DNA of 50,350 bases, taken from NCBI GenBank assembly GCA_965603065.1, contig CBFDBP010000001.1, positions 1 to 50,350 of the forward strand, in the 5' to 3' direction. Position 1 is the first letter of the stretch. Each line of letters begins with the position of its first letter. Source of the stretch: an uncultured Gammaproteobacteria bacterium. Lineage in GTDB: Bacteria; Pseudomonadota; Gammaproteobacteria; DSM-19610. The notes under the pieces were generated by a model that saw nothing but the letters and a program-made list of their open reading frames with translations, had not been told where the DNA came from and did not search any database. Positions 27,376 through 36,216 of the stretch are shown here, piece by piece. The position numbers and the translations under genes are program-made.

Positions 27376-30300
27376 CTATTCGACCAGTTGAGCTGATTCC
27401 GGCACAAAGGCACGCCTTGCGGCGACACAGCGTAATGGCAAGGTCAGCATGGTAAGCGTTACGGAAGTCAGTGCTCCGAACAGTAGCGAAATGGCCATGC
27501 CCTGGAATATGGGGTCGAACAGAATAGCGGCCGCACCCGCCATCATGGTGAGATCCGTCACCCAGATCGGACGCATGCGGATTTGACCCGCCTGGACGAC
27601 CGCCTCCCTGATATCCATTCCCTCGTGGACCTTATTCTTGGCAAAATCCGCAAACAGAATCGAGTTTCGCACCTCGATCCCGGCCAGGGCTATAAAACCG
27701 ATCATTGAGGTCGCGGTGAACTCGGCGCCAAGCAGCCAGTGCCCGGGGACAATCCCTATGATGGTCAGGGGGATAGGTAGCATGACGGTGACCGGGATAA
27801 GAAAATTGCGGAATTCGATGACCAGCAGGATATAGATCAGCACCAGGGCGGCAGCGAAAGCCAGCCCCATATCGCGAAACGTTTCATAAGTGACCACCCA
27901 TTCGCCGCTCCATTCGAAACCGGAAGTATTGTCACTGTGCGGCGCGCCGGTGAGGGTACCGGATATCTTTACACCGTCAGGCGCCAGGTAGCTGTCAAGC
28001 AGTTCCTCCACAGCGAGCATGCCATAGATGGGTGCGCCGAGTCGGCCCGTCATTTCGCCAACCACATATTCCATCGGCCGCAAATCCTTGCGGTAAATAA
28101 CGGGATCCTCGGGTGTCATGGAAAAACGTCCCAGTTCGCCAAGCGGCACCATCTGACCGTCCGAGGCTTTGATGGGCAGATCCCAGATATCCTTAGCCAT
28201 TGCCCGGACCCGCAAAGGCAGCTGCATCACAATGTAGGTAGGTTCCAGTCCACGGCCGTATTTCACGTCGCCGAGCTGGTAATCACCCATCGCCATCGCG
28301 ATATTGCGATTAATGGTCTCCACCGATATGCCGCGCCGCGTCGCCTTCTCGGTGTCTACTTCGAAACGCCAGACATCGTGTGGCTCTGTCATATAGTTGT
28401 CGACATCGACAATGCCCGGCACTTCCTCGAACAGGGCGGTGAGATCCGCGGCAACCTGACGCCGGGTTACTTCATCGGGACCATAGACCTCAGCTACGAC
28501 GGTCTGCAGGACCGGCGGGCCAGGCGGCATTTCCACCACGGCAATGCGTGCCCCGAGTTTTTGCGCGAGAGGAGTCAGTCGTTCGCGCGCGGTATTGGCG
28601 ATATCGTGACTGCTGCGTTCGCGCTGGTGCTTGTCGAGCAGCATCACCTGGATGTCAGCCTCCCAGGGTTTGCCACGCAAGTAATAGTGGCGCACCATAC
28701 CGTTAAAATTATACGGTGACACCGTGCCCACATAGTCCTGCAAGGCGGTGATTTCGGGTATCGTCCGCAGCGACTCGGTAAGCCGCTGCGCCACGTTCGC
28801 GGTTACGGCGAGTGGCGTTCCTTCCGGCATATTAATCAGCACGTTGAATTCGGGTTTGTTATCGAAAGGCAGCATCTTCACCGCTACGGCCTTGGTGTAG
28901 AACATCGAGCAGGCCAACAGGAAAGCCGTCACGACACACACAAATAGCAGCCACGCCAGAAAGCGGCTGTGTATAAACGGTGTAACAATCGGACGATAGA
29001 TTCGGCCGATCATGTCCTGGATCTTGCTTTCCCTGCGTTCCGCCCGTCTTAGATCCTGCAGTATGGGCCTCAGCTTGTAGGAGCACCAGGGGGTGAACAC
29101 AAAGGCCGCAAACATGGAAAAACTGATCGCGACTGCGCCGAGCGCGGGGATGGGTTCCATATAGGGGCCCATCATACCGCTGACGAATCCCATCGGCAGC
29201 AGTGCGGCCAGTATAGTTAGCGTTGCAATGATGGTGGGATTTCCGACCTCGCGCACCGCGTCGACCGCCGTCTCAATACTGGTGTTGCCTTCCTGAAGCC
29301 AGCGGCGGAAAATATTCTCCACCACCACAGTCGCATCATCGACCAGTATCCCGATGGAGAATACCAGGGCAAACAGGCTCACCCGATCGATGGTAAAATT
29401 GAGCGCCCACGCTGACCAGATGGTAATGAGTATGATCAGGGGGATAACGATAATGACGACCAGCGCTGGACGCATACCGATGGCGATAAACGAGATAATG
29501 CTCACCGCAAAACCGGCGTGGAAAAGCGCAAGCAGAAGCTCGTTAACCTTGTCGTCCGCCGTCTTGCCATAGTTGCGGGTGATACTGACCTTAACGCTAT
29601 CAGGGATGACATACCCTTTCAGCGAGTCGAGCTTTTCAAGAATCGCATTGGCGACCGTTACGCCATTGGTGCCTTTTTTCTTGCTGACAGCAATGGTAAC
29701 GGCCGCCGCACCGTCAGCGGGTGGCGTATCTTCCTGATAGGCGGGGCCGGTGTAGAAGCTAACCAGGCGTGCGGTCTCCTCGCCGCCCTGAACCACATGG
29801 GCGACATCGCGCACATACACGGCTGTGCCATGATGGGTGCCGACAACCAGGCTCTCCACGTCCCTGGCAGTGCGCAGATAGGCGCCGCTGGTGATCTGGT
29901 AGACACGATTATTCATTATCAGGCTGCCCGAACCACGCTCGGCATTCGCTTGCCGGATCGTATTCGCGATCTGGTCGAGACTGATACCGTATCCTGATAG
30001 ACGTTCGGGGAGCACCTCGATACGGATTTGCGATTTCTGGCCACCCACCACGAAAGCAGGCCCGGTATTTTCGACTTCCTCCAGGCGTTGCATGACCTCG
30101 AAAGCCAGGATCCTCAGTCTTTCATCATCCACAGCCAGGTCCGGACACCACAGGGTGATGGTGACTATCGGTACATCGTCGACCCGTCTCGGCTTCACCA
30201 GGGGCATGGAAACCTCTGGCGGGATTTGATCGAGGTTGCTCTGCAGTTTTTCATGGACCTTGACAACGGATGGCCCAATGGGCTCGCCCACTTCGAAACG

Positions 30301-30681
30301 CACCGTCACCATGCCGCGTTCGCGTTCCGCCGCAGCGTACACGTGCTTGACCCCTGTGATCTCACTCATGATGCGTTCCAGGGGCTGAATGGCGAGGTTT
30401 GCCACCTGTGCCGATGAGGCGCCGGGATACTCGATGAATATATCGATCATGGGTACTGAGATCTGGGGGTCTTCCTGGCGTGGTGTAATGAAGAGGCCCA
30501 ATAATCCGAGCGCCAGGGTAGCCATCATCAGCAGGGGCGTAAGTGGGGAATCAATAAAAAACCGGGCCAGATTCCCGGCGATACCGAGTGCAGCGCGGTC
30601 CTCAAACGGCCATGGCCCATGTTCCGGCAACGGGCGCCTGGAAGGATGTTTTGGGACAGGAAATTTTGAGGACTCGCCCAT
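27376..30681 (-). CDS. RND efflux permease (AcrB/AcrD/AcrF family)
   Basis: RQEDPQI, SIGILVDDATVVVEN, PMGFVSGMMG, RMRPI and DPIFQGMA; 1101 aa. Confidence 0.92.
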   Translation of the reverse strand: MGESSKFPVPKHPSRRPLPEHGPWPFEDRAALGIAGNLARFFIDSPLTPLLMMATLALGLLGLFITPRQEDPQISVPMIDIFIEYPGASSAQVANLAIQPLERIMSEITGVKHVYAAAERERGMVTVRFEVGEPIGPSVVKVHEKLQSNLDQIPPEVSMPLVKPRRVDDVPIVTITLWCPDLAVDDERLRILAFEVMQRLEEVENTGPAFVVGGQKSQIRIEVLPERLSGYGISLDQIANTIRQANAERGSGSLIMNNRVYQITSGAYLRTARDVESLVVGTHHGTAVYVRDVAHVVQGGEETARLVSFYTGPAYQEDTPPADGAAAVTIAVSKKKGTNGVTVANAILEKLDSLKGYVIPDSVKVSITRNYGKTADDKVNELLLALFHAGFAVSIISFIAIGMRPALVVIIVIPLIILITIWSAWALNFTIDRVSLFALVFSIGILVDDATVVVENIFRRWLQEGNTSIETAVDAVREVGNPTIIATLTILAALLPMGFVSGMMGPYMEPIPALGAVAISFSMFAAFVFTPWCSYKLRPILQDLRRAERRESKIQDMIGRIYRPIVTPFIHSRFLAWLLFVCVVTAFLLACSMFYTKAVAVKMLPFDNKPEFNVLINMPEGTPLAVTANVAQRLTESLRTIPEITALQDYVGTVSPYNFNGMVRHYYLRGKPWEADIQVMLLDKHQRERSSHDIANTARERLTPLAQKLGARIAVVEMPPGPPVLQTVVAEVYGPDEVTRRQVAADLTALFEEVPGIVDVDNYMTEPHDVWRFEVDTEKATRRGISVETINRNIAMAMGDYQLGDVKYGRGLEPTYIVMQLPLRVRAMAKDIWDLPIKASDGQMVPLGELGRFSMTPEDPVIYRKDLRPMEYVVGEMTGRLGAPIYGMLAVEELLDSYLAPDGVKISGTLTGAPHSDNTSGFEWSGEWVVTYETFRDMGLAFAAALVLIYILLVIEFRNFLIPVTVMLPIPLTIIGIVPGHWLLGAEFTATSMIGFIALAGIEVRNSILFADFAKNKVHEGMDIREAVVQAGQIRMRPIWVTDLTMMAGAAAILFDPIFQGMAISLLFGALTSVTLTMLTLPLRCVAARRAFVPESAQLVE

Positions 30682-30797
30682 GCGGTTTCTTGATTCAGGT
30701 ATGTACTGTGCGTATCACTTTGATGGCTCTAGTATAATGTGCAACTGGCTGGAGGCTCAGCAGTACCACGCTTTTAACATGGTAATAGAAATATTGT

Positions 30798-30986
30798 TTA
30801 ACGTCCCTTCAGGTATGAAATCATTAGCACTACAACACCAAGAAGAAATGGCACAAAAACTACAAAATGTACAAGTGCAGACATATCCTTGTGCATCCCA
30901 CTCAAATGTATAGCCAGATCGGCAAGAGCGGAGGATGCGATAAGAATAAAGCCCAGTGTGTTATGTAGATGTTTGTTGTCCATCAC
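30798..30986 (-). CDS. Small AT-rich two-TM hypothetical protein
   Basis: 62-aa ORF with two hydrophobic segments in a low-GC patch; no clear RBS. Confidence 0.4.
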   Translation of the reverse strand: MMDNKHLHNTLGFILIASSALADLAIHLSGMHKDMSALVHFVVFVPFLLGVVVLMISYLKGR

Positions 30987-31060
30987 AGGATCTGTTTCGC
31001 TATAGTCTTACCCGCAAATTGTCCTGCAGAGCCTCATTTTTTGACTGTCTCCGCTTTAGC

Positions 31061-31097
31061 TGGCCTGTTCGCTTCCTCTGGCCCAGCGAACAGGCCA
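31061..31097. terminator. Strong hairpin, possible terminator or attenuator
   Basis: Perfect 13-bp IR TGGCCTGTTCGCT / AGCGAACAGGCCA with an 11-nt loop, followed by ATTCTTTT on the + strand. Confidence 0.5.
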
Positions 31098-31139
31098 ATT
31101 CTTTTGGATCGCTCGATAGACATATCAGAATATGCGTAT

Positions 31140-31183
31140 AAACTACAGTCTACTTGCGGGCCGTGCATTGACAATTGTCAATG
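31140..31183 (-). promoter_or_regulatory. FNR/CRP-family box within a perfect 18-bp palindrome; possible class II promoter toward the small ORF/RND gene
   Basis: CATTGACAATTGTCAATG at 31166-31183 and -10-like TAGTTT at 31145-31140, giving -41.5 geometry. Confidence 0.5.
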
Positions 31184-31498
31184 ATTGGCTTTATTCGGGT
31201 GAATCTGGAAACACTGCTCAACTCGCAGGTTATTAACATTGTCGCAGGCGTGCTTGCAGCCGCAGTTCCTGGCAAATGGATCAGTGGTCTCGGCGCCCGC
31301 GGCAAGGTTAACCGGATAGACGTCGGTTTCGGCATGATGCCCGGAGGTTAACTGGGGCCGGCGTTCGCTTTCATCGGCAAGAGTCTTGGCGTTATCGACT
31401 CCGTCATGTTCGCTGTGGTGGTTATGGTGGTCGTCACCACCCTGGCGACGCCACTGATGCTATGCATTGCCATGGGCAAGAACCCGCAGGACGAATAA
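31181..31498 (+). pseudogene. Truncated, nonsense-disrupted CPA2 antiporter paralog (C-terminal ~105 codons)
   Basis: Translates IRVNLETLL...PGKWISGLGARGKVNRIDVGFGMMPGG*LGPAFAFIGKSLGVID...VVTTLATPL, collinear with the C-terminus of 23600-25057. TAA at 31349-31351 replaces the Glu of PRGE. Confidence 0.9.
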
Positions 31499-31525
31499 AA
31501 ATATGAGTTTTCGGGACGAACAGGC

Positions 31526-32959
31526 ATGAAAACAGGCGGCACCGACGCAGTCATGTCGGGGCGGGTACTGCTTGCTCGCTTTGCGTTGCTTGCAGTCATC
31601 AGCACTGTTGTCGGCTTGCTGACCCACTTCGTGTGGGGGCTGAATCACCAGCAGACCATCTCGGTCAGCGTTTTCCTGATCATTATCCTGTCCACTCTGT
31701 TCTTCTGGGACTTCCGGCTGGCCATCGCCTTCCTCGGGCTTCCTGTGCTGCTGCTGACCGGGGCGCTGGAAATGGAGTGTTTCAAGGAGCACTGCTCACT
31801 GGAGGTCATTCTCTTCCTCATCGGCATGATGGTGGTGGTCGGAGGTCTCCGCGATCTGGGATTTTTTACCTGGATCATTCAGGGGATAATGAACATAAAA
31901 AGCATGACCGGGCCGCGTTTTGTCCTCGTCACCGCTGTGGCTTCGGCGCTGAGTGCCGCTGCCGTGGACGAAGTCACCAGCATTCTGTTCATGGCGGCGC
32001 TCGTGTTCCAGGTTTGTGACGTGCTCAAGGTCAGGCCCATCCCGTTCCTCATTATCTGCGTTATGGCCACCAATGTCGGCAGCGCGGGGACCATGCTGGG
32101 AAACCCGGTCGGGATTCTTATCGGCAGCCGTGCCGGATTGACCTTCGAGGACTTCATGCTCTGGTCGTTCCCGGTCATGTTGCTGTCCCTCATCGTCACC
32201 GTGGCGCTGTTGATGGTCTGGTATCGAAAGGAAATCCGGCAACTCAGTGACCGCATGGAACAGCGCCGTGGTCACGCACTTCCTCTGGGCCCCACTGTCG
32301 CTGTGCCATTCAAGCGCGGCTTACTTCTGATCTGCGGTACCATTGGTCTCGTTGCCCTGCATCACCGCATCGAACTGTGGCTCGATCTGGAGACCAATAC
32401 CGTCCTCTATATGGCGCCGCTGGTCGCTGCCGGTATCGTGATGATCTGGCGTCGGGAGCGCGCCCGCCACTATATTGAACAGGATGTTGAGTGGTGGACA
32501 TTGATCTTCTTCCTGATGCTTTTTGGCGTGGCCGGCACGCTCCAGTACACCGAGGTCACCACAGAAATCGCCTTTTCTCTGACCAGGCTGCTCGGCGATC
32601 AGACCAGCATCCTTGTACCTGTTGTTATGGTTATTTCCGCCATCGGCTCGGCTTTTATAGACAATGTCATCTTTGTGGCAGCGTTCATACCCGTGGTTCA
32701 GGAACTGGTTGGCGAGGCGGGCACGGTGCACCCGTTATGGTGGGCGCTGCTGTTCGGTGCCTGTTTTGGCGGCAACATCACCATGATAGGCAGCACGGCG
32801 AACATCGTGGCCCTGGGAATGCTCGAGAAACGCTATCGAACGCGCATCCACTTCCTCGAGTGGTTCAGGGTAGGACTGGCCGCCGGATTCGTGGCAGGGT
32901 TCGTGGCCTGGCTGGCACTGCTGGTTACCGGTCCGTTCATGCTTGCCGGGTCGTCCTGA
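31526..32959 (+). CDS. ArsB/NhaD (IT superfamily, SLC13/P-protein-like) permease
   Basis: FLIGMMVVV, VDEVT, TNVGSAGTMLGNP, SAFIDNV and GACFGGNITMIGSTAN. Confidence 0.9.
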   Translation: MKTGGTDAVMSGRVLLARFALLAVISTVVGLLTHFVWGLNHQQTISVSVFLIIILSTLFFWDFRLAIAFLGLPVLLLTGALEMECFKEHCSLEVILFLIGMMVVVGGLRDLGFFTWIIQGIMNIKSMTGPRFVLVTAVASALSAAAVDEVTSILFMAALVFQVCDVLKVRPIPFLIICVMATNVGSAGTMLGNPVGILIGSRAGLTFEDFMLWSFPVMLLSLIVTVALLMVWYRKEIRQLSDRMEQRRGHALPLGPTVAVPFKRGLLLICGTIGLVALHHRIELWLDLETNTVLYMAPLVAAGIVMIWRRERARHYIEQDVEWWTLIFFLMLFGVAGTLQYTEVTTEIAFSLTRLLGDQTSILVPVVMVISAIGSAFIDNVIFVAAFIPVVQELVGEAGTVHPLWWALLFGACFGGNITMIGSTANIVALGMLEKRYRTRIHFLEWFRVGLAAGFVAGFVAWLALLVTGPFMLAGSS

Positions 32960-32990
32960 TGATGCGTCAACCTCTATTCGGGAGAGCGAC

Positions 32991-33944
32991 TTGACCGATC
33001 AATCTATCGCCCTGTCGTCACTGTTCAGCCCGGCACAGATTCTCTGTGGCGCGCAAGGTAGCCGAGTCGAAGAGACCGCCCGGCAAATGATCGAGCTGAT
33101 CGCCGGCAGCGACAGTTCGATCGACAGCGAAGCCGTCTATCAACTTGTTCTCGCCCGCAAAAGATGCGGGGTTATGCTGCTCCAGCCCGGTGTTGCCGTT
33201 GTACATGTGCGGATCAACGGTTTGCAGGGGCTTCGCATGGCGCTCGCCACCAGCCGCGAAGGACAGGTTTGCTGCCCCGATCGCGAGGATTATTTATACG
33301 CTGAAACCGGGTCTGTCCCCGCCAATCTGATTGTTCTTATGTTGGCGCCAGCCGACGACCCGGCCAGTTACCTGCGAGCGATTGCCGCGCTGACAGCAAT
33401 TTGCCGGCGTGAGAACTTTGTCGAGTCCCTGTCAACGTTGGATAACCCCGAGCTTGTCTGGAAATCCATCGAGGCGACGGGCGTGGCACTCCCGGAATAT
33501 GTCGCTGCCCGTGACATTATGCGCAGCGATTTCGCACGGCTGCGGGATACCGACGGCCTTTATGCGGCGATAGATCTGTTTTGCAGGGAAGGCGTGAATG
33601 AGTTGCCGGTGGTCGACGCCGATGGCGATCTGGTGGGCATTGTGAGCGAAGAAGAGCTGATCCGCTTGTGCCTTCCCGAGTACATCACCTGGATGGAGGA
33701 TCTCTCGCCGATTCTGAACTTCGAGCCTTTTGCCGAGATCCTGCGGCGCGAGGCGCACATGCCGGTGATGGAGATCATGGTATTTGCGGATCGTTATGCA
33801 ACAGTCGATGAGGCGACACCGGCCATCCAGGTGGCCAAAGTCATGATGCGGCGTGATGTTCGGCAGGTGTTGGTGGTCCGCAATAAAAAACTGATGGGCA
33901 TTATCTCCATACAGGATTTCATTCAAAAGGTGCTGAGGGCCTAG
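32991..33944 (+). CDS. PTS EIIA-like domain fused to a CBS pair
   Basis: GGAG plus TTG start at 32991; PGVAVVHVR (EIIA GVAIPHAR-like), LIVLMLAP...YLRAIAAL, then ARDIM...LPVVDADGDLVGIVS and KLMGIIS CBS motifs. Confidence 0.85.
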   Translation: MTDQSIALSSLFSPAQILCGAQGSRVEETARQMIELIAGSDSSIDSEAVYQLVLARKRCGVMLLQPGVAVVHVRINGLQGLRMALATSREGQVCCPDREDYLYAETGSVPANLIVLMLAPADDPASYLRAIAALTAICRRENFVESLSTLDNPELVWKSIEATGVALPEYVAARDIMRSDFARLRDTDGLYAAIDLFCREGVNELPVVDADGDLVGIVSEEELIRLCLPEYITWMEDLSPILNFEPFAEILRREAHMPVMEIMVFADRYATVDEATPAIQVAKVMMRRDVRQVLVVRNKKLMGIISIQDFIQKVLRA

Positions 33945-34091
33945 TCAGGTAATTTAGCCTAAGCGACTGTTTATAAATAATAACTAGAAATGCATGACGG
34001 CTGTTTCCCGGCTTTTTTCAGGCCGGGATCGGTTTAGAGGGAAGCGCCGCGATGAATGTCCGGAAGCGGGCTACTTTTCGTAAAACTGTTC

Positions 34092-34100
34092 TGCTACAAT
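34092..34100 (+). promoter_or_regulatory. Extended -10 promoter of the rimP operon
   Basis: TGcTACAAT about 93 nt upstream of rimP. Confidence 0.55.
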
Positions 34101-34120
34101 AGTCTGGATTTCAGGCGGAC

Positions 34121-34180
34121 CCGCCGATTAGTCGGCGGTTTTCGTGTATTGAAGTGGGCCTATGGCCCATTTTTTATTTG
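34121..34180 (+). promoter_or_regulatory. rimP leader attenuator hairpins
   Basis: CCGCCGA/TCGGCGG-TTTT hairpin, then GTGGGCC-TAT-GGCCCAT-TTTTTA, the conserved rimP-leader terminator shape. Confidence 0.7.
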
Positions 34181-34192
34181 TGGTGTGAGTGA

Positions 34193-34669
34193 ATGGCGCG
34201 TGAATCAGCCGAACTCCGCAAGCTGATTGAGCCGGCGGTGACAGCATTGGGTTTTGAGCTGGTTGGTGTGGAATTTATTCACGGCAAGAGCGGTTTGTTG
34301 CGGGTTTATATCGACCACGAAGACGGTATTGGCGTTGATGACTGCAAATCGGTGAGCTATCAGGTCAGCGGCTTGCTGGATGTCGAAGATCCGATTCGTG
34401 GCCAATACACGCTCGAAGTCTCGTCGCCGGGCCTGGACAGGCCGTTGTTTCAGGCGCGTGATTATGAGCGTTTTGTCGGTCATGAGGTCAAGTTACGTTT
34501 GTCCGTGCCGGTAGGCGGGCGCCGCAGATTCAAGGGCACCCTGGTTGGCCTGCGAGACGAACAGGTCGTTGTAAAGATGGATGATGAGGAGCTGGTTGTG
34601 GCACTGCACGAAATTGATCAGGCACGGCTGGTTCCCGATTACGATTCGCATCGGGCGGAGGGTGCGTAA
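34193..34669 (+). CDS. rimP: Ribosome maturation factor RimP
   Basis: LRVYID, VDDC and [14 protein letters not shown]; synteny. Confidence 0.97.
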   Translation: MARESAELRKLIEPAVTALGFELVGVEFIHGKSGLLRVYIDHEDGIGVDDCKSVSYQVSGLLDVEDPIRGQYTLEVSSPGLDRPLFQARDYERFVGHEVKLRLSVPVGGRRRFKGTLVGLRDEQVVVKMDDEELVVALHEIDQARLVPDYDSHRAEGA

Positions 34670-36195
34670 TGGGTAAAGAAATACTGATGGTCGTGGATGC
34701 GGTATCCAATGAAAAGGGTGTCGGCAAGGAGGTGATATTCGCTGCTATCGAAGCGGCACTCGCCTCGGCGACCAAGAAGCAGCACGAAGAAGACATTGAG
34801 GCGCGCGTCGCAATCGATCGTGACACCGGCGAGTACGACACATTCCGTCGTTGGGACGTGGTCGAGGAGAGCGATGAGTCTGATGAAGACGAAGAGGGTG
34901 GCTATCGATTCCCGTCCCGTCAGATATTGATTGAGGAAGCCCGCCAACGCAATCCCGACATCCAGGTTGGTGACTCTATCGAAGAACCCATGGAATCGGT
35001 TGATTTCGGCCGTATCGGCGCCCAGACCGCAAAACAGGTCATTGTCCAGAAAGTGCGGGAAGCCGAACGCGCGCAGGTGGTGGAAGCCTACCAGGATCGA
35101 ATCGGCGAACTGATCACCGGTATCGTAAAGCGTGTCGAACGCGGCAATGTTTACCTGGATCTGGGGGGTAATGCTGAAGCCATTATCTATCGTGAAGAAA
35201 TGATTCCGCGGGAAGCGGTGCGCCCGGGTGATCGTCTGCGCGGTTACCTGCAGGACGTTCGTTCGGAGCCGCGTGGTCCACAGTTATTCGTCAGCCGCGT
35301 GGCAGCGGAATTTCTGATCGAGTTGTTCAAACTGGAAGTGCCCGAGGTGGGCCAGGGCCTGATTGAAATTCTGGGTGCTGCCCGTGATCCGGGTTTGCGC
35401 GCCAAGATTGCTGTTTTATCCAATGATCCGCGTATCGATCCGATCGGTGCCTGTGTCGGTATGCGTGGTTCGCGTGTGCAGACGGTGTCAACCGAACTGG
35501 CGGGTGAACGTGTCGATATTATTTTATGGGACGAAAATCCGGCCCAGTTCGTGATCAACGCCATGTCACCGGCCGAGGTGATTTCAATCGTTGTTGACGA
35601 AGACAAGAACAGCATGGATGTCGCCGTATCGACAGATCAGCTTTCACAGGCGATCGGACGAGGCGGCCAGAATGTGCGCCTGGCCAGCCAGCTGACCGGC
35701 TGGGAACTCAACGTCATGGACGAACAACAGGCTGCCGTAAAATCGGAGGAAGAGGCGCAGGTACTGCAGAAGCTGTTCATGGATGACCTCGACGTGGATG
35801 AAGAAGTGGCGGTCATCCTGGTTCAGGAGGGTTTTTCCACCGTCGAGGAAATTGCCTACGTCCCGAACAGTGAATTGATACAGATTGAAGAATTTGAGGA
35901 AGATATTGTGGAAGAGCTGCGCGGCCGCGCACGCGATGTATTACTGACACGTGCCATCGCCAATGAGGAAGGTGTTGACGGCGGTTCACAACCTGCGCAG
36001 GATCTTTTGGGGATGGAGGGCATGGATGATGATCTGGCCTTTACCCTGGCGGCTACGGGGATCGTGACCATGGAAGATCTGGCCGAACAGGCCATCGATG
36101 ATCTGATGGATATCGAGGGCATGGACGAAGAACGCGCAGGCAGATTGATTATGACCGCCCGTGCACCTTGGTTTGCCGATGAAGAACAAGGCTAG
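34669..36195 (+). CDS. nusA: Transcription factor NusA
   Basis: [28 protein letters not shown] and [12 protein letters not shown]. Confidence 0.98.
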   Translation: MGKEILMVVDAVSNEKGVGKEVIFAAIEAALASATKKQHEEDIEARVAIDRDTGEYDTFRRWDVVEESDESDEDEEGGYRFPSRQILIEEARQRNPDIQVGDSIEEPMESVDFGRIGAQTAKQVIVQKVREAERAQVVEAYQDRIGELITGIVKRVERGNVYLDLGGNAEAIIYREEMIPREAVRPGDRLRGYLQDVRSEPRGPQLFVSRVAAEFLIELFKLEVPEVGQGLIEILGAARDPGLRAKIAVLSNDPRIDPIGACVGMRGSRVQTVSTELAGERVDIILWDENPAQFVINAMSPAEVISIVVDEDKNSMDVAVSTDQLSQAIGRGGQNVRLASQLTGWELNVMDEQQAAVKSEEEAQVLQKLFMDDLDVDEEVAVILVQEGFSTVEEIAYVPNSELIQIEEFEEDIVEELRGRARDVLLTRAIANEEGVDGGSQPAQDLLGMEGMDDDLAFTLAATGIVTMEDLAEQAIDDLMDIEGMDEERAGRLIMTARAPWFADEEQG

Positions 36196-36216
36196 ACATC
36201 GAGGAGATGCCTTAGG

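Noticed and set aside
34006-34028. TCCCGGC/GCCGGGA hairpin as terminator or tRNA remnant
   Set aside because: It has no U-tract after the stem and no tRNA T-loop or CCA features.
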